Assembly: GCA_964016885.1 (NCBI GenBank)
Contig: CAXHJY010000225.1
Span: 1-64,000, forward strand
Reading direction: 5' to 3'
DNA length: 64,000 nucleotides
Source: Eledone cirrhosa
Lineage: Eukaryota
Part shown: positions 38,229-53,730 of the stretch, piece by piece
Position numbering within the stretch: the stretch's first letter is position 1
Layout of the letters: each line of letters opens with the position of its first letter
The notes under the pieces: generated by a model
The model's input: the letters and a program-made list of their open reading frames with translations, nothing else
The model's database searches: none
Told to the model about the DNA's origin: nothing
Program-made: the position numbers and the translations under genes

Positions 38229-38419
38229 TATATATACACATATATATATATTTACATATAATATTAATTAAAGGTTAATTAGGCTCTAATCTTAATCTTA
38301 ATCATCTGGATGAGAGGAATCACACAGAGAAGAAATATTATGTATTAAATTTAAGCGAGATTAGATAATATATTTTCTGTCTACCTGGTTTGTACTCCCA
38401 TACATAGAGTATATTATTA

Positions 38420-38469
<50 letters not shown>

Positions 38470-39040
38470 TATATTGAGGCTTGTTTGCATAATTGCAAAC
38501 GAATCGAATTTTATTATTAATATTCGAAAAACTCAGATTACATTTATATAAATATATATATATATATATACATGCATGTGTGTGTGTGTGTGTGTGTATA
38601 CATATACATATATAAAAGGAGATTAATATCCCCACAGGTACTAAGTACCCATGGAAATATATAGGGTGTCTATGATACAGTGGTTGTTCCATGGTATTAA
38701 TTTGACATACCAGAACTATAAAATTGAGATGAGCGGAGCAAGCAAGCTTCAAACAATTTTTTAAAATAAATTAAAAAATATAATTTAAATATTTACCTAT
38801 TCCATTTGCTTTTTCCGACAGTTTCACCTCACAAAAGATTGAAGATCCTAGGGATTTCCAATGGAAATGTTCGGATCATTAGGGAGCATTTTCCCTACCT
38901 AGGACAAAAGTCCCAGAAACGGCAAAATATATATATTTATTTATATATATATAGTAATAATAATAAATTTGAAGACTAAAATCCAAAGAGGGCTCAATAA
39001 GGATAAATATATATCAAATATATAAGAACCGTATAGCAAA

Positions 39041-39173
39041 TATTTATTAAAATAACAGATTAAAGTTTAAGCAAAGAATCGCTGCTTTCACCCTTAACGG
39101 GATCTTCTGAAAGATTCCGTTAAGGGTGAAAGCAGCGATTCTTTGCTTAAACTTTAATCTGTTATTTTGATAA

Positions 39174-39176
<3 letters not shown>
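39041..39176. mobile_element. Fold-back of the CAGAAGA HHR-like family (tail 38950-39040)
   Basis: Palindrome centred at about 39108-39110; matches 12611-12680 and 40915-41095. Confidence 0.75.
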
Positions 39177-39249
<73 letters not shown>

Positions 39250-39372
39250 ATATGTATATATATATGTATATGTATATACGTTGTGTGTAAACCTACAGAT
39301 ACCTGTTTATACGTATTTAATACAACCTGATAGTTACTTCACACTTGTATTTTATGCATATATAGATACGTA

Positions 39373-39404
<32 letters not shown>

Positions 39405-39792
39405 TGTGTGTCTGTGTCTGTGTCTGTTTGTGTGTCTGTGTGTGTCTGTGTGTGTGTTTGTGTGTGTCAGTGTATAACAGGCTGTATTGTCTAATTATGT
39501 CAACATTTTCAAATTTTGGTTTTACCAAAACTAGATGTGAATATTGCAATATCAAGTGCTGGAATAAGTCGGTCTTGTGTGTATGTGTGTGTACATGTAT
39601 ATGTAAATATATACATGTATATATATCTATAACTATGTATATGTGTGGGTGTGTGCATGTATACATAAATATATACATGTATATATATCTATAACTATGT
39701 ATATGTGTGTGTGTGTGCATGTAGACATAAATATATACATGTATATATATGTATATATATGTATAAATATGTATGTGTGTATGTATGTATAA

Positions 39793-39826
<34 letters not shown>

Positions 39827-40221
39827 ATGTATATCCGAATACTACATCCAGCATGATTAGTATCAATAACAGCCTTACCAGGCTACTCCCCTCCAAGCCA
39901 CTCTGTTGTCTGAACAATGAGATTTAGAAATATAGAGTGAACTAGGTCGAGTGAATAAACTCGCCCAGGATCTCTGTTGAAATTACTGAGAGAAGAACTA
40001 TTTTAATAAGTGTGTCGGTACTACATGGGAGACTATAGGGGAATATAGTGAAGTTGTATTATTATTACTAATATACTTATAGTTGTTGTTGTTGTTGTTG
40101 TTGTTGTGATCTATATCAAAAAGCATTGATTTATCGTATCGTTTTGTTCCTTTAATAATGTTTCTCCCTTTATCTATGGTGTTCCTTTGAAGACAGACAC
40201 ATGTGCACACACACTCACACA

Positions 40222-40316
<95 letters not shown>

Positions 40317-40619
40317 ATGTGTGTGTGTGTCTGCATGTATGACTATTACTGGTTTTAGGCATCATACCACGGCTATGCTAGGGAACCTCCTTCATCATTT
40401 GTAGTGGAGAACATCTAGCAGACTACTAAACTCTCTCTGGTATATTGGTTATCGATCTGTATTTATCGAATCAAAAATGTACTCAATCTCTGAATAGGGT
40501 AGCGTATTATATTCTTGAGCAAGTCAACGCTTTTCACGTTGCCTCTGTTCTCTCTTCAGAAAATGTGAACCACCGGCACCTTGCGATGAAACATTTGTAT
40601 GTGTGTATATATATATATA

Positions 40620-40809
40620 TAGGAAAATTATCAAGACCCCGACGGCAGAGCTGAAGCCGTTTCGACGGCTATTTCAGAAATAGCCGTCGAAACGGCTTGA
40701 ATTCTACTATCGGGGTCTTGAATATGTTCCTATTACCCACACTACTAGTCTAAGTATTGAGTACTCTGGTGCGTTATGGTCCATCTGGTTCCTTACCACA
40801 CTTCGTTCG

Positions 40810-40811
<2 letters not shown>
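40620..40811. mobile_element. Fold-back of a five-copy family carrying the 3' half of an HHR
   Basis: Contains gtc-GAAA-cggc..gccg-TC-gggg. Other copies are at 41266-41415, 43745-43910, 56408-56550 and 58311-58408. Confidence 0.7.
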
Positions 40812-40859
<48 letters not shown>

Positions 40860-41174
40860 TAACACACATCTGTAACATACATATGCATTTATATATATAG
40901 AGAGATATATATCAAAATAATAGATTAAAGTTTAAGCAAAGAATCGCTGCTTTCATCCTTCACAGCGATTCTTTGCTTAAACTTTAATCTGTTATTTTAA
41001 TAAATATTTAATCCAGGGTTCTTATATATTTGATATATATTTATCCTTATTGACCCCTCTTTGGATTTTAGTTTTCACATTTATTATTATTACTATATAT
41101 ATACATATAATATATATATATAATATATTTATATAATATATAATATATATATATATGTATGTATATATGATATA

Positions 41175-41268
<94 letters not shown>

Positions 41269-41478
41269 GAAGGAGTTGTGGTTAGGAACCAGATGGACCA
41301 TAATGCAGCAGAGTATTCAATAATTAGGGTAGTAAAGTGGGTAATAGGAAAAAGTTTAACCCAGACGGCAGAGCTCAAGCCGTTTCGACGGCTATTTCAG
41401 GACTATTTTTCCTATATACATAATATATATAGATATAACATATAATATATATATAATATATATATATTATATAATATA

Positions 41479-42329
41479 CTAGCAGTGGTACCCGGCATTG
41501 CACGGGATAAGGTATTTTGGAACGCGGGCCGCCAACAGATCTAATCGTGGAAAAACTTCATGCCTGGACATTATGGAAAGAAAATAAACCGAATACTGTG
41601 ATGGCTGGATAATCTTTAAGATTTTCCTCGATGAAGCAGGAAAAATGCAGGTTTTCGCCTAATGCGGGTCCTAAGGGATCAAGAAAATGAATTTTTTTTA
41701 TGTGCATAATATGCTTTGAAATTTCGGGAAAATCGGCTAGACCTAACGCCTCCAAAAAGCCCTAAAAAAGCTTTTAAAATGCAGTTTTTCACCTAATGCG
41801 GGCCCTAGTAGATCAAAATGTTGAATTGTATGTGCACAAGACTCTCAGAAACATAAGTAATACATATGTAAAGTTTGAAAAAAATCGGTTGGGTACTTCT
41901 CGAGTTTTAGGGATTCAAACTCACAGACACACAGATACACACACATACATCCTCAGGGAAGTGACGTAATGCAGACAGCCAGACATACAGACAGATATTA
42001 TAAGCGCGCGTTTTGGACGCAGAGCGAATTGTAGGAAGTGACGTAATGCAGACAGCCAGGTATACAGACAGATATTATAAGTGCGCCACGATATATGTAT
42101 GTATCTATCTAAAAAGAGAAAGACTAAGAATTATATAGAGAGATCGCTAAATCGCCTAATGCGGTCCCTGGGGCATTGAAAATTTGAAATTGATTTTGCT
42201 CAGAACACTCCCTGAAACAGAAGTATTACATGTGTAAAGTTCGAAAACAGTCGGTTGGGTGGTTCTCTAGTTTTAGGGATTCAAACTCACACACACACAG
42301 ACAGTCATCCTCAGTTTTATATATATAGA
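41479..42329 (-). mobile_element. Non-autonomous Helitron
   Basis: The minus strand starts TCTATATATATAAAA and contains (CTGT/GT) repeats. It ends with the hairpin cccg tgcaatgc cggg and then CTAG followed by T. Confidence 0.75.
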
Positions 42330-42944
42330 CTAGCAGAAAACCACCCGGTGGGCGGTTTTCTGCTAGCAAATCTAGTGTATATACTGATATTGTTGAGATT
42401 TGGATGAGAAATGTTTTCGGCACCACATGTTCACCGTCTCTCGGTGTGTCTTTTATGCATGTATAAATATATATATTATCTATACGGTGAAATCTTTGAA
42501 ATAAATATATGTTAAAACGAAAAAGGAGAAAAAGAGATTAGTGACGGAAATATAAACGTTATGATACATAAACGTTATGATATAACGATGGAAATATATC
42601 TTCAAATGGTCCTTGGCATGGTGTCAAGTCAGAACCGCCTCGAACTGGTTACTTCTGGCTTGTGCAAGGTGTCTCTATAGCAACCAGCGATTCCCTCGGC
42701 CTCAGTGACCAAAGTCAGTGGAGAAGGGAAGGTAATGTTTCTATAGCGACAGTGTTTCTCTTGGTAGTACCAAAGTGGAGAAAGGAAGGGGAAGGTAATA
42801 TTTCTGTAGCACCTACATTTGAGTTTTAGGGAAGGACAGACAGACAAACAGAGAAATGCCCATACATTTCTGTGTGTGTATATATATATATATATATATT
42901 ACACACACAGAAATGTATATATATTTCTGTGTGTGTATATATAT

Positions 42945-42977
<33 letters not shown>

Positions 42978-43202
42978 TACACACACAGAAATGTATATAT
43001 ATTTCTGTGTGTATATATATATATTTCTGTGTGTGTATATATATATATATATTACACACACAGAAATGTATATATATTTCTTAGAAAAAAATTATTATTA
43101 ATGTTTTGCTGTTCATAACAATTGGAATTGAAAAATTACTTTTGAAATTATTAGTTATTTTACTAATGCTTAGATATGTAAAAATGAAGCAATGTTTCTA
43201 AT

Positions 43203-43392
43203 AATTGTTTCTACTTTTGGCACAAGGCCAGCAATTACCCAGTACATTACTGGTACTTTATTTTATCGACCCCGTGAGGATGAAAGGCAAAGTTAACCTC
43301 GGCGGTATTTGAACTCAGACCGTAAAGGGACGTAACTCCATGCTATGAAGCATGGTGCCCGACTCTCTACAGATTCTGCCAATCCACCGCCC
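43203..43392 (-). mobile_element. SINE family A
   Basis: Full-length match. Confidence 0.85.
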
Positions 43393-43691
43393 TAATGTCT
43401 GTACGTAATGAGGGAGTGAGAGGGGAGAGAAAGAAAGGCAGAGGTGTTGTGACGAAGTGACTCTCTCCTCCTCCTCCTCCTCCATCTCCCCATTCGTCAC
43501 AGCGATAGAGGGGAGGAATGTTAGTGTGTTACAAAGAGAAAGAGTGAGAGTGAGAGAAACAGACAGACTAAAAGAGAGGGATAGCTGGAGAGAGAGAGAG
43601 ATAGCAACCACGCGCGCACGTGTTTCCACTGTCGGACAGACAGACAGAGAAATTGCTGGTTATATATTATAAGGAGATATATAACATACAA

Positions 43692-43738
<47 letters not shown>

Positions 43739-44077
43739 ATATATAACGAAGGAGTTGTGGTAAGGAACCAGATGGACCATAACGCACCAGAGTACTCAAT
43801 ACTTAGGGTATCAGAGTGGGTAATAGAAAAAAGTATGACCTCGACGGCAGAGCTCAAGCCATTTCGACTGCTATTTCTGGACCGTTTCAGCGGCTATTTC
43901 TTTCCTATAAATACATATATATATATATATATATATACATATAATATATATACATATATAATATATATTAATATGTAATATATATGTGACGTATATATAC
44001 ATATATAATATATATATATAAAATATACATATATATATAATACATATATATATTATATATTATATATAATATATATA

Positions 44078-46221
44078 CGATAACATGGATCTCTACTATG
44101 CCAACTGGGATGCAATTATGAACGAACTATCGCATGTTGACTGGTCTTTTACACACGAACACATTTCCACCAACATCAAAACATCTTGGCAGATCTTTGT
44201 AGACAGTCACAAATATATGTACAAAACCTGAGAACAAAACTAAGTGCAGCCCCCCCCCCAAAAAAAAACAATTATCAGAAAAATTAAAAGAACAAACAAA
44301 GAAATTAACACACTAAAATACTGCCAACAGCAATACACACATTTGATGGCTATCACCTTGCTTGAATCATGAAAATATAACCTCCAGCAATGCATGATGA
44401 CCATCATCAATAACCAGAGAATAGCTGAAGAGAGGTGGGCCATTGAGAAAATCAAACTCAACCCCAAAGTGTTCTTCTCATTTGCTAAAAAACACAAGGT
44501 CTCTGTCTCCACTGTTGGCCCCTAGTTGATGAAAATGGCACATTCCAAGACAATGCCAAACCATGGAGAGATACTGCAGAAACAATACTGCTCTGGTTTC
44601 AGCAATCCTGATATGGCAAATCTGGGCTGTATCAGTGATGTTAATCCCCAGCACACTATATCAGACATAACGTTTGGCGCCCCTGATGTCTTAGCGGCAA
44701 TAAACGAAATTAAACACAATAGGCCCCGACAGGTTCCCTGCTTGCGTCCTGAAGGTGTGTCGACACCAACTTGCATCTCCTCTTGCTAATCTGTGGAGGA
44801 ACTCACTGGATACTGTCTATATTCCTGAAAACTTTCTGTCCCAGTCTTCAAAAAGGGAAATAAATCCCTGGCAGTGAACTACCATCCGATCTCACTCACC
44901 TCTGATATTATCAAGGTATTTGAGAGGGTGGTGAGATCACGAATAACCCACTTTCTTGAAAGCAACGGCCTGCTGAACTCCAACCAACATGGGTTTCGTA
45001 ATGGAAGGGACTGCCTAACGCAGCTCCTGCATCACTTTGATAATGTTTTGAGAGCCTTGGGAGAGGGCTCCAACACTGATGTCATCTACCTTGATTTCAG
45101 CAAGGCCTTTGACAGGGTTGATCATAAGATTCTACTGAAAAATCTATCCAATGTTGGTGTCTCTGGAAAATTACTACAGTGGATCAAATGTTTCCTGACA
45201 GGCAGAACCCAGCATGTTGTAGTAGAAGGAGTAAAATCAAGCTCTGCCAAAGTCAGCAGAGGCGTACCACAAGACACTGTGTTGCGCCCATTTCTTTTCA
45301 TCATCTACATTAATGAAATTACTGACATCATCAAGCACAGCAACATAAGAATCTTCGCAGATGATTCCAAGCTCCAAGGAGTCATCAATGAGGTAGTTTC
45401 AGATGCCCTGAAACTACCATACTCTCTTCCTTCGGGTGAAACTCTAGTGGCTTCCAATAACGTCAGAGACCTGGGAGTAATTGTGGACAACAACATAAGC
45501 TAAGCCACTCATATAAACAGCAAAGTTGACATGGCCCGAGAATATGTTCCTGGATTCTCAGAACTTTCCAGTCGAGAGATATCCACACTGTTATCCTTTT
45601 CTTCTCCACTTTCGCCCGACCCCACCTTGAATACTGTTGTCCACTGTGGTCACCCCACACGAAACAAAGTATCATGAAAGTTGAAGCACCCCAAAGATCG
45701 ATTACAAAAAAGATAGATGGCATGACAGGCCTTGACTATTGGAATCGATTAGAAAAGCTCAACCTTTATTCTCTCCAACGTCGCCGTGAGCGCTACATTA
45801 TCTACATGATGTGGAAAATATTCCATCAGCTTTGCCTAAATGATGTTGGCATCACCTTTAGTGTACACCCAAGGTTTGGGCCCCGTGCTATCCGCCCACG
45901 ATAAAAATATCACTCGCATCTCATAACAACAATACGGCACAATTATTTCACCTCAATTGACCCTGCTCTCTTTAACATTACACCAAAACACATCAAAACA
46001 GAAACAGACGCCATCAAGTTCAAGAAATCTTTTGAAAAATTCCTTCAAGAAATCCCGGATAAGCCTCCTACACCCGGATATGCCTCCGTAAACAATAACT
46101 CTCTGCTCGAGTGGGCCATGGTGCTCAAACCCTCATATGTAAGACTTCGCCAGGTAGTACTATTAAGTTAGACATGGCCTGGGCCAATATTGGCCGAAAC
46201 CTATCAAAGTTATCAAAGTTA
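44078..46221 (+). mobile_element. 5'-truncated, decayed CR1-type LINE (reverse transcriptase)
   Basis: YHPISLTS..KVFER, QHGFRNGRDCLTQLL, DVIYLDFSKAFDRVDH, GVPQ, FADDSKL, RDLGVIVD, RPHLEYCCPLWSPH, LYSLQRRRER. It has a 3' tail (TATCAAAGT)2, plus frameshifts and deletions. Confidence 0.93.
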
Positions 46222-46496
46222 AGTGTATATATATAGTGTATATATATATATATGTGTGTGTGTAAATGAAGTATTTCCGTCAGAAAGGTACAGGAAAAAA
46301 GAGTGCTCTATGTAGGCTACAGAGCTTATTAGTTGAGTGTGTGTATGTTTACGTTCTAGATATTTATATTTTTTTATATATATATATATATTTTTTTTCC
46401 CTTTTTTCTTTTCGCCCACTTTTTTCAGCCTCACTCTCATATTTCCTAAATTTTGTTTTCAAATCCATATTTAATCAAAACACCATATTTTTTTAA

Positions 46497-46557
46497 TTCA
46501 TTCTGACGACTAAAGACAGACACAACATCTGTCTTCAAGAAACCACTGGTAAATGAA
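46497..46557 (+). ncRNA. Type I hammerhead ribozyme motif
   Basis: ttcatt-CTGACGA-ctaaagacaga cacaaca tctgtcttcaa-GAAA-ccactgg-TA-aatgaa, with (TA)n about 35 nt downstream. Confidence 0.7.
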
Positions 46558-46588
46558 ATAATTATCTTATGTTGTTTATTACATAACT

Positions 46589-46725
<137 letters not shown>

Positions 46726-46740
46726 CGTATGTGTGTGAGT

Positions 46741-47350
46741 GCCAGGTCACCAGTTCGTGCTACTGGTAACATGTATCCCAGTACAACCTGTGCCATGGTC
46801 GGGTCGTTGGCGTCTAAACTGGCAACCCTACCAAGGTTTCTTGGTGAGGAGGGTGACTTTGGACATCCTGCAGGACTAAAAACAAAACCTGTCAAAGGGC
46901 AAAGAAGCTCTTAAGAGTCAATGGCCATCCAAAATCACCAAGAGAGATGATCCCTTAGCCTTTGTCAAGGCAGAATTCTAGGAGAAGGAAATCTCTGATA
47001 TAACACCTGCAACCCTGATGGTATCCAATGATGTTGAGTTGTTCTTCTTTTTGGTAAATATCATCTTGGTTAAGAGAGTGGGACTGGCTTTGTGCAATGC
47101 CTTTGCTCACTATAAAAGCTTCACGGCACAGGCATTGCTTTATATCTGGAGATCTCTTTGCACTTGTCGTCACATGGTACCATGGGCCCAGCACTATGTG
47201 TCAATAATTGTCACAAGTGTAGTGTTTGTACCAGAGTTTTCAAGTCGCTGGCTGGACTAAAAAGTCACACTCGTTCAGCGCATCGGTAGGGGTTCTCCTA
47301 CATGGATATAAAGTAGTGACCGTACTCGAAAACGAGTTGGCAGCCACCAT
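46741..47350 (+). mobile_element. Retroposon-like repeat of about 610 bp, copy 2, with a (GTAT)n tail
   Basis: See 34013-34621. Confidence 0.75.
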
Positions 47351-47790
47351 GTATGTATGTATGTATGTATGTATGTATGTATGTATGTATGTATGTATGT
47401 ATGTATGTATGTATGTATGTATATATATATATAATATAAAGCTGACGGCCGTATATATGTAACAAACCTTTCGCCAAACACCACCAGATTTGCACCATAG
47501 ATGTAACTTTTTCCAAGCAAGAATGTGAGGGTATTTTTCTCTACTAAATTTAGTTAAAAGATTTAAGATATTTTATTGTTTATTTAAATATTCACTTCTT
47601 TAAAATTTTCAAATGTCAACATTTCCTGTTATACGACAGTCCTCTCTCTTTTTAGATAGATACACAGCTATAACGTCGCGCCCTTAAAAACATATGTCTG
47701 TATGGCTGCTTGTCTGCATTACGAAAACCATTCTGTACATTGGCTTCGCTATCTGTGTGTGTGTGTATATATAGTGTATATATATATATA

Positions 47791-47821
<31 letters not shown>

Positions 47822-47828
<7 letters not shown>

Positions 47829-48126
47829 AAAAAGGGATGAAATCGAAAATGCAACTGAAGTCTTATTTTTTTTTAAAATATATATATATTTATTTGGTTC
47901 CTTTACCGGTTTCGCAGTTCTTCTGCTTTTCAAAAGGTGAGTTGAGATGGAGGGTCTGTGGTTTTTCTCACATCATGTGAGAAAAACCACAGACCCTCCA
48001 TCTCAACTCACCTTTTGAAAAGCAGAAGAACTGCGAAACCGGTAAAGGAACCAAATAAATATATATATATTTTTTAAAAAAATAAGACTTCAGTTGCATT
48101 TTCGATTTCATCCCTTTTTCTTTATA
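47822..48126. mobile_element. Palindrome of about 305 bp (centre 47974) with a U3:A8 HHR in each arm
   Basis: Reverse-complement arms around a 1-nt loop; tail to 48190; (TA)n on both sides. Confidence 0.9.
48011..48048 (+). ncRNA. Minimal hammerhead motif with U3:A8 core (mirror at 47900-47937, minus strand)
   Basis: cctt-TTGAAAA-gcag aagaa ctgc-GAAA-ccgg-TA-aagg, then AATAAA. Confidence 0.78.
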
Positions 48127-48179
48127 CTTCCACTGGTGTAGGACACCTCGGATTTTTCATTTTGTAAAAAAAACCTCAC

Positions 48180-48232
<53 letters not shown>

Positions 48233-48578
48233 ATGTTAGTATCATAAATAAAAGACAGTTTAATTTGTACATTTTATTACAGTATTCCTTTATACATATA
48301 TATACATATATAAACATGTTATTTACGTTGTATAATAAGAAGTACAATTGTTTCTACTTTTGGCACAAAGCCAGCAAAAACTCCCAGTACATTACTGGTA
48401 CTTTATTATATATAATATATATAATACGACATTCTTCTCTCTTTCTTATTCTGTCTTTTTAGATAGATACATAGCTATAACGTCGCACCCTTAGAATATC
48501 TTGTCTGGTTGCCTGTCTGCATTGACTTCGCTTCTAACCAACTTTTAATTAATTATATATATATAATTATATTCGTCT

Positions 48579-50395
48579 ATATGTTTTCAACAGTAATACT
48601 GTACTATATATTTTCAACAGTAATACTGTACTATATATTTTCAACTGTAATACTATACTATATATTTTCAACAGTAATACTATACTATATATGTTCAACA
48701 GTAATACTGTACTATATATTTTCAACAGTAATACTGTACTATATATGTTCAAAAGTAATACTGTTCTATATATTTTCAACAGTAATACTGTACTATATAT
48801 GTTCAACAGTAATACTGTTCTATATATTTTCAACAGTAATACTGTACTATATATGTTCAACAGTAATACTATACTATATATTTTCAACAGTAATACTGTA
48901 CTATATATGTTCAACAGTAATACTATACTATATATTTTCAACAGTAATACTATACTATATATTTTCAACAGTAATACTATACTGTACTATATATGTTCAA
49001 CAGTAATACTGTACTATATATGTTCAACAGTAATACTATACTATATATTTTCAACAGTAATACTGTACTATATATGTTCAACAGTAATACTGTACTATAT
49101 ATTTTCAACAGTAATACTATACTATATATTTTCAACAGTAGTACTGTACTATATATTTACAACAGTAATACTACATTATATATTTACTATACTATATATT
49201 TTCAACAGTAATACTATACTATATATTTTCAATAGTAATACTGTACTATATATTTTCAACAGTAATACTATACTATATATTTTCAACAGTAATACAATAC
49301 TATATATGTTCAACAGTAATACTATACTATATATTTTCAACAGTAATACTGTACTATATATTTTCAACAGTAATACTGTACTATACTATATATTTTCAAC
49401 AGTAATACTGTACTATATATTTTCAACAGTAATACTGTACTATACTATATATTTTCGACAGTAATACTATACTATACTATATATTTCCAACAGTAATACT
49501 GTACTCTATATTTTCAACAGTAATACTATACTATATATTTTCAACAGTAATACTATACTATATATTTTCAACAGTAATACTGTACTATATATTTTCAACG
49601 GTAATACTGTACTATATATTTTCAACAGTAATACTGTACTATATATTTTCAACAGTAATACTGTACTATATATTTTCAACAGTAATACTGTACTATATAT
49701 TTTCAACAGTAATACTGTACTATATATTTTCAACAGTAATACTATACCATATATTTTGAACAGTAATACTATACTATATGTATTCAACAGTAATACAATA
49801 CTATATATTTTTAACAGTAATATTATACAATATATTTTCAACAGTAATACTGTACTATATATTTTCAACAGTAATACTATACTATAAATTTTCAACAGTA
49901 AACTATACTATATATTTTTAACAGTAATACTATACCATATATTTTCAACAGTAATACTATACTATATATTTTCAACAGTAATACTGTAGTATATATTTTC
50001 AACAGTAATACTGTACTATATATTTTCGACAGTAATACTATACTATATATTTTCAACAGTAATACTGTACTTTACCATATATTTTCAACAGGATTACTAT
50101 ACTATACTATATGTATTCAACAGTAATACTATACCATATATTTTCAACAGTAATACTATACTATATATTTTCAACAGTAATACTGTACTATATATTTTCG
50201 ACAGTAATACTATACTATATATTTTCGACAGTAATACTATACTATATATTTTCAACAGTAATACTGTACTTTACCATATATTTTCAACAGGATTACTATA
50301 CTATACTATATGTATTCAACAGTCATACTATACTATATATTTTCAGCAGTAATATTATACTATACTATATATTTTCAACAGTAATACTATATACT
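48579..50395. repeat. 27-bp minisatellite (TATATTTTCAACAGTAATACT(G/A)TACTA)n
   Basis: Read directly; it produces the 9-aa periodic ORFs. Confidence 0.97.
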
Positions 50396-50444
50396 ACACA
50401 GACTGGTTATCGTCTGTTTATCTAAGCGAAGCTAGGTGCGTCAG

Positions 50445-50526
<82 letters not shown>

Positions 50527-50528
<2 letters not shown>

Positions 50529-52611
50529 GGATGCCGTAGAACACGTCAATGGTAGCCGGGCGCCAACTGGACGGGAAGCTAGTATATATATCAGACATGG
50601 GGTTATTAACAAAAGCATTTTAGATAGAATCCTGCCCACACTTAAGATTAAAATAAGGTTACAACTCTGGTCCTGCACCAGCCAGGTGCTGGACTGGTTT
50701 ACATTTTTACCTGAAAAACATAGGACTAGCTTCATAAACTAGACATCAATAATTACTACTCCTCTATCTCGCCCATAGTCCTGAACAAGGCACTCATATT
50801 CGCGATGAATAGGACAGACCTAACCCGCAACGAGGTCCGAATCATACACGCCGCCAGAAAGACCTTGATCCGATTCGGTGGGGACATATGAACCCGGAGC
50901 GACCGGCCAAATAATTTTGACATTACAATGGGCTCCAGTGACTCCGCGCAGCTAACGGACTTGGTTGGGATATACATACTCTATGAGATCAGGAGGGAAA
51001 TACCCAACCTGGGCGGCGGGCTCTACCGAGACGACGCACTCTTCACCGTAGTGGACCACAGACCAACAACGGTCGAAAATATGAAGAGGAGAATTAGGCA
51101 CTTCTTTAGCAAAGTAGGACTTAAGGTAGAGATGGAACCCAATAGAAAAGTAGTGAATTTCCTGGACACCACCCTCAACCTCAACACCAAGCTACACCAC
51201 CCATATCATAAACCCAATGAGAAGCTGGTGTATATCAACGCTGAGTCTAATCATCCTAGATCTATAGTTAAGGCCGTAGTTAAGAGTGTCTCTGACAGCA
51301 TCTCTAACTTGTCGGCCGATAAAGAGATCTTCAATAGTAACGCTGATTACTATAACTCAGCTCTAGCTAAGGCGTCCCACAGCGATAGGATCAGCTATAA
51401 CCCTATGGGACATGATCGAGATGACCCAATGGTACCCCGGACCAATACCCTCAGGGGCATGAGTCGCCCACCTAATACCTCGGTGACCAAAACTCCCAGA
51501 CCCCTATCCGTCACCACACCCGGTAGAAGGTCCCGCATACGCCACCGGTCTAATACCTACAACGCTGAAGACCGCTGTGCTGCGGAGAATAGGCACCTCT
51601 GCACCGGCCCCACGACCCGACGAATCCTAATTGAGCAGGGAGGCCGCACCTCGGGTTTATAGCCCCACGGTGGGCCTATATAACCCTCATGATAGTGACC
51701 GCTCCGCACACCCAAGTGACACCAACCGCGCTCGACCTGAGCTGTGCACCACCACGCGATGGCCCACGGCAGATACCCAACAACCCCGCAAGAATAGGAC
51801 CAGGAAGGTCACATGGTATAACCCTCCGTACTAGGTGGGTCTACGTACCAGCCTGGCTAGAATATTCTTTAAAGTACTGGATATATGTTTCCCTAGGGCC
51901 CATAAGTACCATAAAATATTCGACAGGCACACGGTGAAACTTTCCTACTCAACCACACGCTCCGTAGCCCAGCACATAGCTGGCATAAATAGGAATAGGC
52001 TCACTGCCTCTAATACCACCGTAAACCCCGGAGCCACCCAACAGAACCAGCATGCGGGACGCATCGGAACCCGGACAGGCCCAACTAGCACACCGGAACC
52101 CAACGACCCTGTGCTGATTGCGGAGGCTACCCAGCCAACCCCGAGTGATGCTAACCACGCGGTACATGTGGTGGGGATTAAGAGGTCATGTAATTGCAGA
52201 GACCCATCGCTATGGCCCCTTAGTAATGAATGCATGACCAAAAACGTGGTCTACAGGTGCAAGGTCACAACCCCTAACTCGGAGCACCACTACATAGGAT
52301 CCACAGCGACGAGCTTCAAAGCTCGGTGGTATAATCATCGCCATTCCTTTAACAGAATAGATAAGAGGAAATGTACGGCCCTTTCTGAATTGATCTGGAA
52401 TCTCAAACTTGAAAAGACCCCGCACTCTCTGGTCTGGTCCGTGGTTAGAAAGGTTCCCCCAGACAGAGGCGGGTCTGGTAATTGCAACCTCTGTCTTAGT
52501 GAGACACTCGAGATTCTTCATGGCGGAACCAAGCTATTAAACAGAAGGGCCGACTTATTCGGTGTCTGCAGACACCTAAGGACGGGAACTTTCCTCAAGC
52601 TATATGGATAA
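50527..52611 (+). pseudogene. PLE reverse transcriptase and GIY-YIG endonuclease, disrupted
   Basis: DINNYYSSI, FDITMGSSDSAQLTDLVG, GLYRDD, VNFLDTTLNL, YINAESNHP, WYNPPY, CNC, VVY...YIG, FKARWYNH, CNLCLSE, CRH. Stops or frameshifts at about 50740, 50889, 51660 and 51832. Confidence 0.9.
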
Positions 52612-53730
52612 ACCCCGGTTACGGTCTCCCATAATCCCCCCCCCCCCGTAGGTCCCCTACACCCCGTACCAATGACCACTGGACAACAACAACCACCCAT
52701 GGTTTGCGCTCCTTATGGTGGATGGTCCACCGGATCCTCTACTGGTTAGGAGTCATCTAAACAATGTTTTATTGAACCTGATTTTATATATACATATATG
52801 CATATATGTATCATGTGTATATATATGTGTATTTTATATGTGTATGTATGCGTATTTTATATATGTGTGCGTATCTGTATATATATATTTTATATATATA
52901 TGTGTGTATGTGTGTGTATTTTTTATATATATATATATGTATGTTTTACGTGTGTATATATTTTGTGTGTGTGTGTGTATTCTATGTATATATATATATT
53001 TTATATTTTTGTATGTATATATTTTATGTATATGTATGTTCTGTGTATATATATATATTTTATATATATATATATATGTGTATACTTGTGCGTACATGCA
53101 TGCATGCATGTATATATATATACACACCTGTATGGATTTGTGTGTGTAGATGTGTGAGTATTTGAGGGGGTAGGTGTGAGTGTATGTACAAGTGAACCAG
53201 CATAAACCTTTTATTTCTAAATTTTCTAAACTATCTAAGTATTGGACTCTAACAATTATATTATGTATTACCACCCCACTTTTTGTATGTGTGGATGTGT
53301 GTGTGTGTCTGTGGAGGTGGGTGTGAGTGTAGTGCAAGCCAACCTACATAAGCCTTTTTATTTGTAAATTTTCTACTCTAACCATGATTTCCAGTAGCAC
53401 CACTCCACATAAATTCCTCAACTTAAGAAAATACCTGTAGTATCTATTTCATACTATTATCCTTATTTGAAAATATATCTGACCAAGAATGCCTTTTGTG
53501 AAAATCAGTCATGTGGAACTATTGTCATCTTGCCTGATGGTTTGAACCTCACAGATCCACCTGCCTCTTTGAGGTCAAATACCAACCTACTACCATCTAA
53601 AAACTGACCAATGAGAATCAAGACCATTCCTGCAGACAACATCAAAGTATTCCTAACATGCTCATATGTCCCAAGGCTCTGATACCATCAACACTATACA
53701 CACAGAGCTTGCATATCTAAGAACTGACTA

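Noticed and set aside
50888-50892. In-frame TGA in the PLE RT as a possible selenocysteine codon
   Set aside because: The ORF also has frameshifts and a TAG stop, so decay (probably from TGG) is the simpler explanation.
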